60,055 nucleotides of DNA from Chloroflexota bacterium (GTDB lineage: Bacteria; Chloroflexota; Dehalococcoidia; SM23-28-2; RBG-16-64-32). The notes beneath the pieces are model-generated. The model searched no databases, was not told where the DNA came from, and worked only from the letters and a program-made list of their open reading frames with translations. The stretch is from contig JACZRQ010000003.1 of assembly GCA_022574655.1 (NCBI GenBank), forward strand, positions 1 through 60,055. The letters run 5' to 3'. Numbering within the stretch: the stretch's first letter is position 1; every line of letters begins with the position of its first letter. The position numbers were made by a program, and so were the translations under genes. Shown here piece after piece: positions 1-10,265 of the stretch.

Positions 1-841
1 GCGAGACATCGCGAAACGCACCCAAGGAAGGCGACGTAATGATCGTGAGTTTGTCGCGCCCGGCAGCCGCGAGTTCACCGATGATCGCGCCGAGTTCAAT
101 CGCCGGTACGCTGGACGCCTTTGCGTTCTTCATCGCATCGATGATGGTTTTCGATCCCTCGAGAAGCCGGCCGATGTCAACCCCGATCACCGCCGCGGGC
201 ACAAGTCCGAACATACTGAGCGCAGAGTACCGGCCACCGACCTCGGGTGGTGCGAGAAAAGTTTTCCGGAAGCCGCGCTCACGAGCCAGCTCTTCGAGTG
301 ACGAACCGGGATCCGTGATCGCAACAAAATGCTTTGCAGGCTCTTTGACTTTGCTCAGAAGCTGCGCCCAGAAGTAACGGAAGAAAGAAAGTGTCTCCAT
401 CGTCCCACCGGACTTGCTGCTTACGATGAACAAGGTTTTGTCGAGATGGATGCGCCGTTCCAGCGTGAGCACCGCGTCCGGATGAGTGCTGTCGAGAACC
501 ATGAGCTCGGGGTAACCGGCGCTTCCGAACGTGTCCTGAAACACTTCCGGCGCGAGGCTCGACCCACCCATGCCCAGCAGAACGATGCGATCGAATTCGG
601 ATGTGCTCTCGGCAAAAGAACGTAGATCATCGACGTGTTTTCGCATCGTTTCCGGAAGGTCGAGCCATCCTAGACGATCGCTTATTTCGGTTGGATCGGG
701 TTTCCAAACGGTATGGTCGCGGGCCCACATTCGCCGAACGATGTCGTCAGCATCGAGCTGGTCAAGGCGCTCGAAGACCGCGCCTTCCAGTGAGCCCAGC
801 CGCAGGGTCGAACCGCCGAGTGCTACTTTCCCCAAAATCAT
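1..841 (-). CDS. pgi: Glucose-6-phosphate isomerase (Tal-Pgi-type PGI domain); 3' end runs off the window
   Basis: Not in the ORF track (no stop inside the window). Manual translation from ATG 841: MILGKVALGG...RMWARDHTVWKPDPTEISDRLGWLDLP...LLGMGGSSLAPEVF...VSSKSGGTMET...FVAITDPGSSLE...VGGRYSALSMFGLVPAA. These are PGI SIS-domain motifs. Confidence 0.88.
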   Translation of the reverse strand, partial: MILGKVALGGSTLRLGSLEGAVFERLDQLDADDIVRRMWARDHTVWKPDPTEISDRLGWLDLPETMRKHVDDLRSFAESTSEFDRIVLLGMGGSSLAPEVFQDTFGSAGYPELMVLDSTHPDAVLTLERRIHLDKTLFIVSSKSGGTMETLSFFRYFWAQLLSKVKEPAKHFVAITDPGSSLEELARERGFRKTFLAPPEVGGRYSALSMFGLVPAAVIGVDIGRLLEGSKTIIDAMKNAKASSVPAIELGAIIGELAAAGRDKLTIITSPSLGAFRDVS

Positions 842-848
842 TGATTGA

Positions 849-2057
849 TCAGGCGTTCACCACGTGCGCCGCGACGTGAGCAGACTGCTCGAGATACTGT
901 CGGATCATGAGCAGCGCCGTCACACCCTCGCCGATCGCTGACGCCAGCTGTTTCGTCGAACCGGCGCGCACATCCCCGGACGCAAACACACCCGGCATCG
1001 ACGTCTGCATCGTCTGGTCGGTGACAACGAACCCCCACTGATCGAGATCCACCGCGTCGCCGATGAACGATGTATTTGGGTCTTGGCCGATAAATACGAA
1101 TACGGCATCGGGGTGAAATGAAGTTTCTTCGCCCGTCAGGTTGTCCTTCACGACCACTTCCGAGATCTCATTCTTCCCTTTGAACTGCTTCACCTCGGTG
1201 TTGAGGTGGATCTCAAACATGGGCTTAGAGCGAACCTTGTCTTGCAGCAACCGTGACGCTGTCAGACGCGAGCTGCGACAGAAAATTCGGATCTTCTTTG
1301 CGAACTGCGCCAGAAAGAGTCCCTCTTCGAGCGCGGAGTTGCCTCCTCCAATGACCATCAGCTCGTCAGCGCCTTTATAGAACGGTCCGTCGCAGGTGGC
1401 GCAGAAGTGAATCCCAGCGCCGATTAACTCCTCTTCTCCAGGCGCGCCTAACCGCCGGTACGTAGACCCAGTCGCAATCAACAACGCGTGGCTGCAGTAT
1501 TCGTCGCCGCCCTGCGTCTTGACAACCACGTCCTCACCATCCCGACTGATCGAAGCGACTGACACCGCGCTCAGAAGCTCGACATCGTATCGCTCCGCCT
1601 GCTTGACGATACGGTCAGCCAAATCGCCCCCGCCTATGCCGTCCGGAAACCCAGGGTAGTTATCGATCTTCTGAGTGATTCCGGCCTGACCGCCAAGCGC
1701 GCTTTTTTCTATAACCAGAGTATCGAGGCCTTCGCGTGCCGCGTAGATCGACGCAGTGAGGCCGGTTGGACCCCCACCCACGATAATCAGATCGTAGAAG
1801 CCGCGCTCTGCAGTCAGCCGCAGCCCGAGCTTCGTAGCCAGTTCATCGTTCGAGGGTTCGATGAGATGACTCCCGTCGTCGAACGTAATCGTCGGGATTG
1901 TGCGGCCGCCGTTCTGCAACTCCTCGACGAATCGGAGACCCTCTTCGTCTGTGTCGATGTCGATCCAGCGGTACGCAACCCTATGCTCCCCGAGGAACTT
2001 CTTTGCGCGCTTGCAGTCAGGGCACCACGGGGCGCCATACACTTTGATATCAGACAT
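849..2057 (-). CDS. trxB: Thioredoxin-disulfide reductase with N-terminal glutaredoxin-like domain
   Basis: N-terminal WCPDC Grx/NrdH-like domain; GGGPTG FAD motif, CATCDG active site, GGGNSA NADPH motif, TSMPGVFASGDVR. Confidence 0.9.
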   Translation of the reverse strand: MSDIKVYGAPWCPDCKRAKKFLGEHRVAYRWIDIDTDEEGLRFVEELQNGGRTIPTITFDDGSHLIEPSNDELATKLGLRLTAERGFYDLIIVGGGPTGLTASIYAAREGLDTLVIEKSALGGQAGITQKIDNYPGFPDGIGGGDLADRIVKQAERYDVELLSAVSVASISRDGEDVVVKTQGGDEYCSHALLIATGSTYRRLGAPGEEELIGAGIHFCATCDGPFYKGADELMVIGGGNSALEEGLFLAQFAKKIRIFCRSSRLTASRLLQDKVRSKPMFEIHLNTEVKQFKGKNEISEVVVKDNLTGEETSFHPDAVFVFIGQDPNTSFIGDAVDLDQWGFVVTDQTMQTSMPGVFASGDVRAGSTKQLASAIGEGVTALLMIRQYLEQSAHVAAHVVNA

Positions 2058-2171
2058 TGGGCGATAAACCTCGCTTACTCAGACCGGCTCTGATGCCACT
2101 GCATCTACCATAGATACGTTTCGTGCTCTCGGTTCGATCCGAGCTACCAGCTGTAGCCAGCGGGCCGCGTT

Positions 2172-2633
2172 CTATGAGTGCCAGACCGCGGGACCCTTGC
2201 CGGAAGCCATATCCGTGAGTGAAAACAGTTCGATCCGCCAAGGGGTCAGCTTCAGTGCCCCGGTGCCGGGGTCTTCCGCAGATTGAAAGAACATTGCAGG
2301 GTCGTAGCCCATCGGTGGAGGCGTATTCTTGTACAGGTCCCAGACCTTCTTCTTCACGACGAGTTCATCGACCCACTCCGCTTCGCAGTCCACGTACACC
2401 TGCTTATGGTCGGGGTCCCAGTAGCTGAGAGAAACGAACGGATTGCCAGCGATATGCTTGGACTTGAGGCTGTTACGCCCGGTTAGGATCCAGCCCGTCG
2501 ACCCTTCCCAGATCGGGTGCAGTATACGCGACCTCGGTCGTCCCTGGCGATCAACCGTCGCGAACGTGCACCAAACCGTCTTCTCAATTCGGCCGAGGAA
2601 CTCTTGCTCGATATCGGCGAACGTTACGTCCAC
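2172..2633 (-). CDS. Pyridoxamine 5'-phosphate oxidase-like (split-barrel flavin/F420-binding) protein
   Basis: FATVDRQGRPRSRILHPIW and KSKHIAGNPFVSLSYW motifs. GTG start at 2633 follows an AAGGAGG RBS (ORF track start 2660). Confidence 0.8.
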   Translation of the reverse strand: MDVTFADIEQEFLGRIEKTVWCTFATVDRQGRPRSRILHPIWEGSTGWILTGRNSLKSKHIAGNPFVSLSYWDPDHKQVYVDCEAEWVDELVVKKKVWDLYKNTPPPMGYDPAMFFQSAEDPGTGALKLTPWRIELFSLTDMASGKGPAVWHS

Positions 2634-2758
2634 TATCGCTCCCTCCTTACTAGTGGCCATTCTATCCTCGGCAGCCCATCGGTGAGCGTTCTACTTGTCA
2701 ACAGTTGCGTTAAGATATTCGCGTTCACACCCGAGGAAACGCCGATAGGAGGTCAATC

Positions 2759-3571
2759 ATGCCGGACACGCTGTTTGAAAACCGAGATGGAGTTGGCTTA
2801 ATCACCCTGAACCGCCCGGACAGCCTTAACTCCATGGGTGGAGATCTGATGTCGTTATTGGCTGAGTACTTGGCTGCCTGTGTTGACGATCGCTCCGTGC
2901 GGTGTGTGGTACTTACTGGAGCGGGGAGAGCCTTCTGCGCCGGTGGTGATGTGAAGGCGATGGCGGCCGGCCGAGGCGAGTCAGACGGGCAACGGTCAGG
3001 CGCAGCACTCTTCGCCGAGGGCGTCCAGGGGTTGCGCGGAGATCAGATCGCGACCAGCTACATCCTGCACACGATGCCGAAGCCGACGATCGCGATGGTA
3101 AACGGTCATGCCGTCGGCGCCGGCTTGAGCCTCGCTCTGGCCTGCGACATTCGCATAGCGTCTGATCGCGCGAAGCTCGGGACCGTGTTCCGCAACGTTG
3201 GCTTCAGCGGCGACTTTGGCGGTTCCTACTTCCTGCAACGTTTGGTTGGAAACGAGCGGGCACGCCTGCTGTATTTCACCGGCGAGATACTCGCGGCGGA
3301 TGAAGCGCATCGAATCGGTATGGTCAGCAAGGTCGTCCCTCACGACGATCTCGAGTCCGAGACCATGGCGATCGCCTCGCTCATCGCTAAAGGCCCGACG
3401 CTAGCCTACGCTCGTATGAAGGAAAACCTGAATCTGGCAGAGACGTCCGATCTGCGCACGCTTCTGAACCAGGAGGCACTAAACATGCGATTGTCTGGAA
3501 CGACCAACGACAATCGGAATGCCGTGAAGGCGTTCGTCGACAAGAAGACACCGACCTTCGCCGGCGAGTAA
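2759..3571 (+). CDS. Enoyl-CoA hydratase/isomerase (crotonase, PaaG-like)
   Basis: ITLNRPD, GRAFCAGGD, VNGHAVGAGLSLALACDIR, GFSGDFGG; AGGAGG RBS. Confidence 0.9.
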   Translation: MPDTLFENRDGVGLITLNRPDSLNSMGGDLMSLLAEYLAACVDDRSVRCVVLTGAGRAFCAGGDVKAMAAGRGESDGQRSGAALFAEGVQGLRGDQIATSYILHTMPKPTIAMVNGHAVGAGLSLALACDIRIASDRAKLGTVFRNVGFSGDFGGSYFLQRLVGNERARLLYFTGEILAADEAHRIGMVSKVVPHDDLESETMAIASLIAKGPTLAYARMKENLNLAETSDLRTLLNQEALNMRLSGTTNDNRNAVKAFVDKKTPTFAGE

Positions 3572-3597
3572 GCTGGCCGTTCAAGAGGAGGCGCATC

Positions 3598-4452
3598 GTG
3601 CAGAAAGGGACTTTCCGGGGATTCGAAGTAGCTCTTCAGCCGCCCGGCATTGCGGTCATCACGCTCAACCAACCGGAGCGGCTGAACGGCACCACGCAGG
3701 AGATGAAACGAGATCTCGTCGAACTCTTACTGCAAGCCCAGATGGACGACGCTGTGCGCGTCGTCGTGATCACCGGAAGCGGGCGCGCGTTCTGCGCCGG
3801 AGACGATATCACCGGCCGCCCCCGGGACTCCGATGCAGAGGCGCTGGTCCCTTCCATAGGCCGTGGACACACGAGTCCCATCAGCACGTACGACGCACTT
3901 CGAGCGATCTCCCAGCCCCTGAACCAGGCGCTCAGAAACCTCGACAAGCTCTCGATAGCGGCCGTCAACGGGATCGCGATCCAGACCGGCTTATCGCTCG
4001 CTCTGGCATGCGACTTTAGAATCGCGTCGACCGAGGCCCGGCTTGGGAGTGGCACCCTTCGCTTCGGATTCATGCCGGATGAAGGCGGCCAGTATCTGCT
4101 CGTTCAGCATATGGGCGTTGCGAAAACGATGGACTTCCTTATGCGGAACAAGATCGTCTCCGCCGACGAAGCACTCGATCTTGGCCTCGTCCACGAGGTG
4201 GTCGCTCCAGATCAACTTATGGATCGCACCATGCAACTCGCAAGCGAACTGGCCAACGGACCTCAGATAGCGATGCGCCTGCTGAAGCGTTCCGTATACA
4301 ACGCTGCGGAACTCACTTTTGCGCAGTCGCTCGACGAGATCGCGGCGAAGACCGCTGTCTCCGACCATCATCCAGACGCCAGGGAAGGGTTAGCGGCGTT
4401 CCAGGAGAAGCGTGCCGCCCATTTCAACCGAGATCTCCCGTCCGGCCAGTAG
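3598..4452 (+). CDS. Enoyl-CoA hydratase/isomerase (crotonase family)
   Basis: ITLNQPE, GRAFCAGDD, LSLALACDFR, MPDEGG, DAREGLAAFQEKR; GGAGG RBS before GTG. Confidence 0.9.
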   Translation: MQKGTFRGFEVALQPPGIAVITLNQPERLNGTTQEMKRDLVELLLQAQMDDAVRVVVITGSGRAFCAGDDITGRPRDSDAEALVPSIGRGHTSPISTYDALRAISQPLNQALRNLDKLSIAAVNGIAIQTGLSLALACDFRIASTEARLGSGTLRFGFMPDEGGQYLLVQHMGVAKTMDFLMRNKIVSADEALDLGLVHEVVAPDQLMDRTMQLASELANGPQIAMRLLKRSVYNAAELTFAQSLDEIAAKTAVSDHHPDAREGLAAFQEKRAAHFNRDLPSGQ

Positions 4453-4562
4453 TCCCGCCTCAACGGTTGTATTCGGAACAATGGTTTCATGTCGCCTGAG
4501 CCTGATCATAACGGCGCATGTGGCGGCTGGCTCTAAACGTCGATGAAACCGAAGTTTAAGCG

Positions 4563-5792
4563 TCAACGTTGCCCGGCTGGTCGCATCCCGCCAAACTCGA
4601 CTGACAACGATTCAAGCCCTCGCAAGACGAAGTTCTTGTACTTGGGAGACTTGGTGAGAAGCTCCGGGCTCTTGAGGCGCCGCACGAACGTGGCGAGCGC
4701 CACCTGTCCCTCGACTCTCGCCAGCGGCGCTCCGATACAGAAGTGAATGCCGAACCCGAACGAGAGGTGCCGGTCGTCACCACGCGTAATGTCAAAAGTT
4801 TCCGGGTCCGGGAACCGCTCCGGGTCCCTGTTCGCCGCGCCGATCAAGCAGGTCACCCCGTGACCCTTCGGAACGGCGACGCCATCGAACTCCATGTCTT
4901 CCAGAGCTATCCTACCGGTGAGCTGGACCGGTGGATCGTATCGCAGGATCTCTTCGACGGCACTCCCAGCGAGCGATGGATCGTCTCTGAGCTTCTGTAG
5001 CTCATCCGGGTGACGGAGCAACTGAAGCACGCCGTTACCAATAAGGTTGACCGTCGTCTCGTGTCCGGCGATCAGGATTAGCCGGCACGTTGAGAGCAGT
5101 TCCCCTTCGGTGAGCTTGTCTCCCTCCTCCTCAGCTTGAACGAGAGCGCTCAGAAGGTCACCCTTCGGCTTATCGCGGCGTTCTGCGATTAGTTCCTTGA
5201 ACAGGTCGTCGAAAAGTGCAATGGCGCGGCGCTGGCGCTCGACCGCCTCCGGTTGAGCGGCTAGCTCCGGATCGAGCGATTTTGCCAACTCCGCCGACCA
5301 TTCGCGAAATTGGCTGTGGGATTGACTGGGCACGCCCAGCATCTCGCTGATGACGATGACGGGAAGCGGGTGCGCGAAGTCGTCGATCACCTCCATGATC
5401 CCCTGCTCAGATACGGCATTCAGAAGATCGTCGACGATCACCTGGACGCGAGCCCGCAGCTCTTCCACGACTCGGGGCGTGAACGCCCTACTAACGAGGC
5501 TCCTCAGCCGTGTATGATCCGGCGGATCGAGAAAGAGAAACGGTCGGTCGAGATCGAAGAGATCGAGGTTGGGCTCGAAGCCCGAGTCCGTGGCGTTACG
5601 AAGGTCGGAACTCCACTTGCGGTGGTTCCTGAGTACGGACTCACAGTCGCGATGGCGGCTCAATACCACGCCCAGCGGACTCTGGAAGACGGGAGCCTCC
5701 TCCAGCAAGCGTTTGTATGTCGGGTACGGGTTCGCCCTGAATTTGGGATCGAACGGATTGAAAACGACCGAGCCGGTTTCCGTAGCCATCAT
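4563..5792 (-). CDS. Cytochrome P450
   Basis: DPPDHTRLR, I-helix AGHETT, EEILR (ExxR), heme motif FGFGIHFCIG. Confidence 0.95.
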   Translation of the reverse strand: MMATETGSVVFNPFDPKFRANPYPTYKRLLEEAPVFQSPLGVVLSRHRDCESVLRNHRKWSSDLRNATDSGFEPNLDLFDLDRPFLFLDPPDHTRLRSLVSRAFTPRVVEELRARVQVIVDDLLNAVSEQGIMEVIDDFAHPLPVIVISEMLGVPSQSHSQFREWSAELAKSLDPELAAQPEAVERQRRAIALFDDLFKELIAERRDKPKGDLLSALVQAEEEGDKLTEGELLSTCRLILIAGHETTVNLIGNGVLQLLRHPDELQKLRDDPSLAGSAVEEILRYDPPVQLTGRIALEDMEFDGVAVPKGHGVTCLIGAANRDPERFPDPETFDITRGDDRHLSFGFGIHFCIGAPLARVEGQVALATFVRRLKSPELLTKSPKYKNFVLRGLESLSVEFGGMRPAGQR

Positions 5793-5924
5793 CTAAACTC
5801 CTTGCCCGCCACGCCGATCGTGACGGGCTCTATATTACCGGTGCTCCTGGCGGCTGGCGAGCCTTCGGATGACCGCCAACGGCGCATTCGGCATACTTGG
5901 ATCAGGGCTACGCCCTGTGTTCTG

Positions 5925-7259
5925 ATGGACAAGAAATCTTCGACTGATTGGCGGCAACGAGTAAGCGACAAGCTCGTCGCGCCTGAAGATGCGATGGCGC
6001 GGGTCGGTCCCGGTGCAGTCGTTGCCATTGCGCCCTTCCAGGGCACGCCATATGCCCTCTGTGATGCACTTGCGCAGCGACTAGCGGACGTCAACAACAT
6101 CCACATCTACCACCCGGTCTCGCTCTTTCCGTGGTTCGATGCAGCGACCGGTGAATTCACCCTGCACACGTGGTTCGCTCAGTCGGGCGAGCGCGATGCC
6201 GTCAACCGCGGAGTTGTAGAGTACATGCCGTTTGCGCGCTGGGAGAGCGGTACGGTGCCGGAGGCATACGCCGAGGAACCCGATTTCTTCCTCGTGGCCG
6301 TATCACCGCCCGATGAGCGTGGCTATTGCAGCTTCGGGCCCGGCGTGTGGTTCTCGCCAACGATGGTACGAAATGCGGACCTCGTCATCGCTGAGGTCCA
6401 TGAGGACTTCATCCGTACGGGCGGCGACAACTCAGTGCACATATCTCAAATTGATCATTTTTCGGAGGCCACCTCCGACCCGCGTCGTATTGCGCTACCA
6501 CGCCGAAAGGATGAAGAAATACCGATCGTCGAGGTCATCTGCACCCTCGTCGCTTCAGAGCTGATTCGAGATGGCGACACCTTGCAAATAGGCGTGGGGA
6601 CCGTCTCCGCCGCTCTGGCTCCGTATCTCAAAGACAAAGTCGATCTTGGCGTACACACGGAACTCATCACTGGTGGGATCGCCGAACTCGCCTGCGAAGG
6701 GGTCATTTCCGGGCGTCGAAAAACGATGCACCCCGGGAAAGTCGTGGGGTCTGCGCTCGCAGCCATCGGTCGCGCAGAGCGAGAACTGATCGACGGGAAT
6801 CCGCTGTTCGAACTGTATGAGTTTAGTTACGTGGATGACCTGCGAATCATCATGCAGCACGACGACATGGTTGCCATCAACAATGCGATCTTGGTCGATC
6901 TGACGGGGCAGGTTGCCGCTGAGACCATCGGTACTCAGGTTTGGACCGGTACGGGAGGTCAGACCGCGTTCGCTATCGGCTCTTCGTACTCGCGTGGCGG
7001 CCGGTCGATTGTCGTATTGCCGTCCAGTCATATCGTCGCTGGCGATCGCGTGTCTCGCATCGTGCCGACGTTGCCGGACGGAACGATCGTGACGGTGCCG
7101 CGAACGTTTGTCGATAGCGTCGTCACCGAACACGGGATCGCGACGCTGCTGGGCAAGACTGTCCGTGAGCGCATCGGAGAGTTGATCACGATCTCCCACC
7201 CCGACTTCAGGGCGGACCTCAGGCGCGAGAGTCAGCGCCTCTACGGCGTCGCCGTCTGA
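5925..7259 (+). CDS. Acetyl-CoA hydrolase / 4-hydroxybutyrate CoA-transferase family
   Basis: DGDTLQIGVG, LGVHTE (catalytic Glu), VDLTGQV, GTGGQ, VVTEHGIATL. Start reassigned to ATG 5925 because the 5310 extension overlaps the P450 antisense. Confidence 0.88.
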   Translation: MDKKSSTDWRQRVSDKLVAPEDAMARVGPGAVVAIAPFQGTPYALCDALAQRLADVNNIHIYHPVSLFPWFDAATGEFTLHTWFAQSGERDAVNRGVVEYMPFARWESGTVPEAYAEEPDFFLVAVSPPDERGYCSFGPGVWFSPTMVRNADLVIAEVHEDFIRTGGDNSVHISQIDHFSEATSDPRRIALPRRKDEEIPIVEVICTLVASELIRDGDTLQIGVGTVSAALAPYLKDKVDLGVHTELITGGIAELACEGVISGRRKTMHPGKVVGSALAAIGRAERELIDGNPLFELYEFSYVDDLRIIMQHDDMVAINNAILVDLTGQVAAETIGTQVWTGTGGQTAFAIGSSYSRGGRSIVVLPSSHIVAGDRVSRIVPTLPDGTIVTVPRTFVDSVVTEHGIATLLGKTVRERIGELITISHPDFRADLRRESQRLYGVAV

Positions 7260-7261
7260 AC

Positions 7262-10123
7262 CTACTGGATCAGGATCGCCCCGTCGACCTCGATGAAGTC
7301 GTCTATTATGTTGCCGTCGGCGTCTTCAAGGTCGAAGACATCTACGAAGAGACCAGCAAGGCCGGGAGTGAAGTTCGTGAGGAACGTAAGGCTCCCCAGC
7401 AACGTTTGGAAGGGGCTGATAATCGCGATTGATGGAACTCCAACGAAGTTCATGCTGTCCTCGATGAAGGGCGAGAAAGGATCGCATTCGCCGATGCTTG
7501 CCGAGCAGTTCCAAGGAGTCAGCAGCTCACCGTCGTACAAGACGTCGATATCCCAGAAGCCAAGCCCGTTTGGCGCGTCGATGTACAGATCAACCGTAAC
7601 GAAAGTATCTTGTCCCACGCTGAACACGGAATCGATCGAGATAATGTAGTCTCCTGACCCCGAAGGTGAAGTCGGCAGCGGTATGGCGACCTCAACCGTT
7701 GTATCGGTCGAGGTGCAGCTCGTCCCGTTGCAAGCCGTCAACGATATCCATTTCATCCCACCCGTGTTGTAAGTCGTTGAGAAACTGGCGCCTGATCCGC
7801 TCGAAGGAGACCCACCGGGCGCCGTCCATGATCGCGATGTGACGTTTCCGGACACGGTGGGGTTGCAGCTTACCGTGTCGTTCACGTCAACGAAGCCAGG
7901 GCACCCCACTGAGCTGATTGTCGGGGCAGGCAGGGCCGTTGGTGCGGCAGTTGGCGCGCCCGTTGCCGCGACTGTAGGTTTCGGCGTCGCTTGCGAGGTC
8001 GGCTGGTTCGTTGGCGTTTCAGACCGAGGTGTCGGCGTCGCCGTAGCACTGGCAGAAGGCGACCCGGTTGGAGATGCCGAGACGGAGGGATCGACCGAAG
8101 GCGTGGGCGTGGGCGATTCAGCCGTGCTTCCCGATAGAACCGCCTCCATTCGCGCCTCGAGCTTTAGCGCCAGATCTCGCGCCAGACCCTGGTAGTCTCC
8201 GTCTGGATCTCCGTCCACCTCGACTCTGCCAACAAGATCATCCAGGACGAATGCGATCGCTGTGGTGACCACCTCTGTCCCCTGCGTACCCGCCAGTCTG
8301 CTGGCCTGGGGCTTGGCGCTGCCGACAGCTCTCGTGACCTGGATTCCCCTGGCTTCATCCCCTATGCCAGCAACGGGAAACTCAAGGGCCGCGACGTTCA
8401 GCACGCCTGTGCAGGTCAACTCGCCCGTGCGCTCCACCTGCGTCTCAGCGTAAAATGCTAGAGCTTCAGATGCTCCGACCATGGTGTCGTATTGATCCAC
8501 GCGCGTGCGTATCTCGAGGGCAAGCGATGACACCCGGGAAGGACGGTACACCGACTCGTAGCCGGTGAGGCGTCCCTCGCGCTCTAGCTGAATACGCACG
8601 TCTTCGTCGTCGCAAGCCTCTGCAATCAGGTCCCGATTAGTTCGCGGCCCACTCAGCCGTGAGTCCTCATTGAATCTCGAGAAAGCGGGTACCAGGTCCC
8701 GCGGCGTCAGCATCATAGCGGCGAGTTCGCCTTCGGAAAGCGCCGATCCATTGTCGGAGCCACCCGCCAGCAAGAGAATCGCCGCTACCGCGACCGCGCT
8801 GGCGATCCCCGCTCCCAGCAGCGCAAATAGCGGACGTTGGTCGAACGGAACATCTTCAAAGCTGCCGGAAACCGTAGATGGTGGTTGTCCTTCCCCGGCG
8901 GACGCCGAGATTGTGAACGGGATGCTCTGCCGTGAACCGCTCGAACGCCGATTACGCGACCGAACGCTCACAGGGATGTTGAGCGTGTTCCGACCTGGCA
9001 CGGTGACAGATGACGGCACGGAGATTACTGCCAGATTCTGGGACGACTCTCCGTTGAGATTGACCGTGGCTGGATCGTCGCTCGAGTTGATTAAGGACAG
9101 CTCGTAGCGCGAGGAGCCGAATCGGGACGCGAAGAACCCTGTTTTGGGATCGCTAAGACGAAGATGTACCCCGGAGCCGGCCGTCGATGCGGTCGCAGCC
9201 GGTGGCCTCATGACCTCAGTGGCGACGACATCATCTTTCTCGACCTCGGGAGGTGCCGCCGAAATCTGTGTCAATTCGTCTGCCAGAGGGGTCGGTATAG
9301 CTCGGGCCGCCTCCTCTAATCCCGACGCAAGTTCGGTCGCCGATTGATACCGGTCCCCGGTGTTCTTTTCCAGGCTCCGCAGCACAACTTTGCGTACCGC
9401 TTCGGGCAGTTCATCCAGTGGGTCGAGCGGCACCGGTGAGTCGGCATGCTGACGAAGCACCTCAAGTGCCGTCCCCTCGAAGGGAGGACGTCCCGTCAGG
9501 ATGTCGTAGAGCGTCGCCCCAAGCGAATAGATGTCGCTTCGGTGGTCTACCTCGCCGCGGGCGATTTCGGGCGCAGCGTAGACTAGAGTACCCACGAAAA
9601 CGCCCGGCATCGTCACCGCGCTACTTCCGAGCTGGCGGGCTATCCCAAAGTCGGCGAGCTTGACAGACCCGTCATCGCCCAGCAGGATGTTGTCTGGCTT
9701 GATGTCACGGTGGACGACGGAGCGCGCTTCAGCTTCTTCGAGGGCCCGCGCTATCCTCGTTGCGATTCTCAACGCCTCTTGGACATCTACTCGGCCCTCG
9801 TCGTCGATTTTTCGCCGTAAGGTGCGACCCTCAACGAATTCCATGACGAGGAAGTACTTGTCGTCGACGATTCCGTAATCGAGCAGATGTACCGTGTAAG
9901 GTGAGCGCAGCAGCGCTGCCACGTGAGCCTCTCGCTCAAAGCGCTCGCGGAAACTCTCATCCTCCGCGAGATGCGCGTGCAGGAGCTTGACAGCCACAAC
10001 CGTACCGTCGCGGCGGTCGATTCCTTTGTACACGGCACCCATCCCACCCCGGCCCAGCAGCGCCTCAAGCCGATAATGTGAGACGGTTTCCGGTTGAGAC
10101 TCTGGCGAAGGGGGCGGCGACAT
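7262..10123 (-). CDS. Transmembrane Hanks-type Ser/Thr kinase: kinase - beta-sandwich - TM - PknH-like sensor - Pro/Thr linker - PKD-like - cohesin-like C-terminus
   Basis: LGRGGMGAVY, VAVK, HRDIKPDN, DFG, YAAPE. TM LFALLGAGIASAVAVAAILLL; PT-rich linker. Likely start ATG 10123 (ORF extends to 10249). Ectodomain assignments are by eye. Confidence 0.9.
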   Translation of the reverse strand: MSPPPSPESQPETVSHYRLEALLGRGGMGAVYKGIDRRDGTVVAVKLLHAHLAEDESFRERFEREAHVAALLRSPYTVHLLDYGIVDDKYFLVMEFVEGRTLRRKIDDEGRVDVQEALRIATRIARALEEAEARSVVHRDIKPDNILLGDDGSVKLADFGIARQLGSSAVTMPGVFVGTLVYAAPEIARGEVDHRSDIYSLGATLYDILTGRPPFEGTALEVLRQHADSPVPLDPLDELPEAVRKVVLRSLEKNTGDRYQSATELASGLEEAARAIPTPLADELTQISAAPPEVEKDDVVATEVMRPPAATASTAGSGVHLRLSDPKTGFFASRFGSSRYELSLINSSDDPATVNLNGESSQNLAVISVPSSVTVPGRNTLNIPVSVRSRNRRSSGSRQSIPFTISASAGEGQPPSTVSGSFEDVPFDQRPLFALLGAGIASAVAVAAILLLAGGSDNGSALSEGELAAMMLTPRDLVPAFSRFNEDSRLSGPRTNRDLIAEACDDEDVRIQLEREGRLTGYESVYRPSRVSSLALEIRTRVDQYDTMVGASEALAFYAETQVERTGELTCTGVLNVAALEFPVAGIGDEARGIQVTRAVGSAKPQASRLAGTQGTEVVTTAIAFVLDDLVGRVEVDGDPDGDYQGLARDLALKLEARMEAVLSGSTAESPTPTPSVDPSVSASPTGSPSASATATPTPRSETPTNQPTSQATPKPTVAATGAPTAAPTALPAPTISSVGCPGFVDVNDTVSCNPTVSGNVTSRSWTAPGGSPSSGSGASFSTTYNTGGMKWISLTACNGTSCTSTDTTVEVAIPLPTSPSGSGDYIISIDSVFSVGQDTFVTVDLYIDAPNGLGFWDIDVLYDGELLTPWNCSASIGECDPFSPFIEDSMNFVGVPSIAIISPFQTLLGSLTFLTNFTPGLAGLFVDVFDLEDADGNIIDDFIEVDGAILIQ

Positions 10124-10265
10124 CGTGAATGAGAAACGATCGGCCCTTAGCCTGGCTGTGTCGAACGCCGACCGCTTGGGCTCATTGTTGCCAACGGCTG
10201 GTGGGAAGTCAACACGGCTCAGATTGGTAGAATCGCTTCGAGTCGACATGACGGAGTTGTAATTT

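Noticed and set aside
2128-2143. CTCGG-TTCGAT-CCGAG T-arm-like hairpin
   Set aside because: No acceptor or anticodon arms; too short to call a tRNA fragment.
5310-5924. 205-aa N-terminal extension of the CoA-transferase ORF
   Set aside because: Mostly antisense to the P450 with no recognisable domain; family similarity starts near ATG 5925.
7900-8130. Low-complexity repeats in kinase 1 (and at 12780-13200 in kinase 2)
   Set aside because: Explained by Pro/Thr/Ala-rich protein linkers, not DNA-level repeats.
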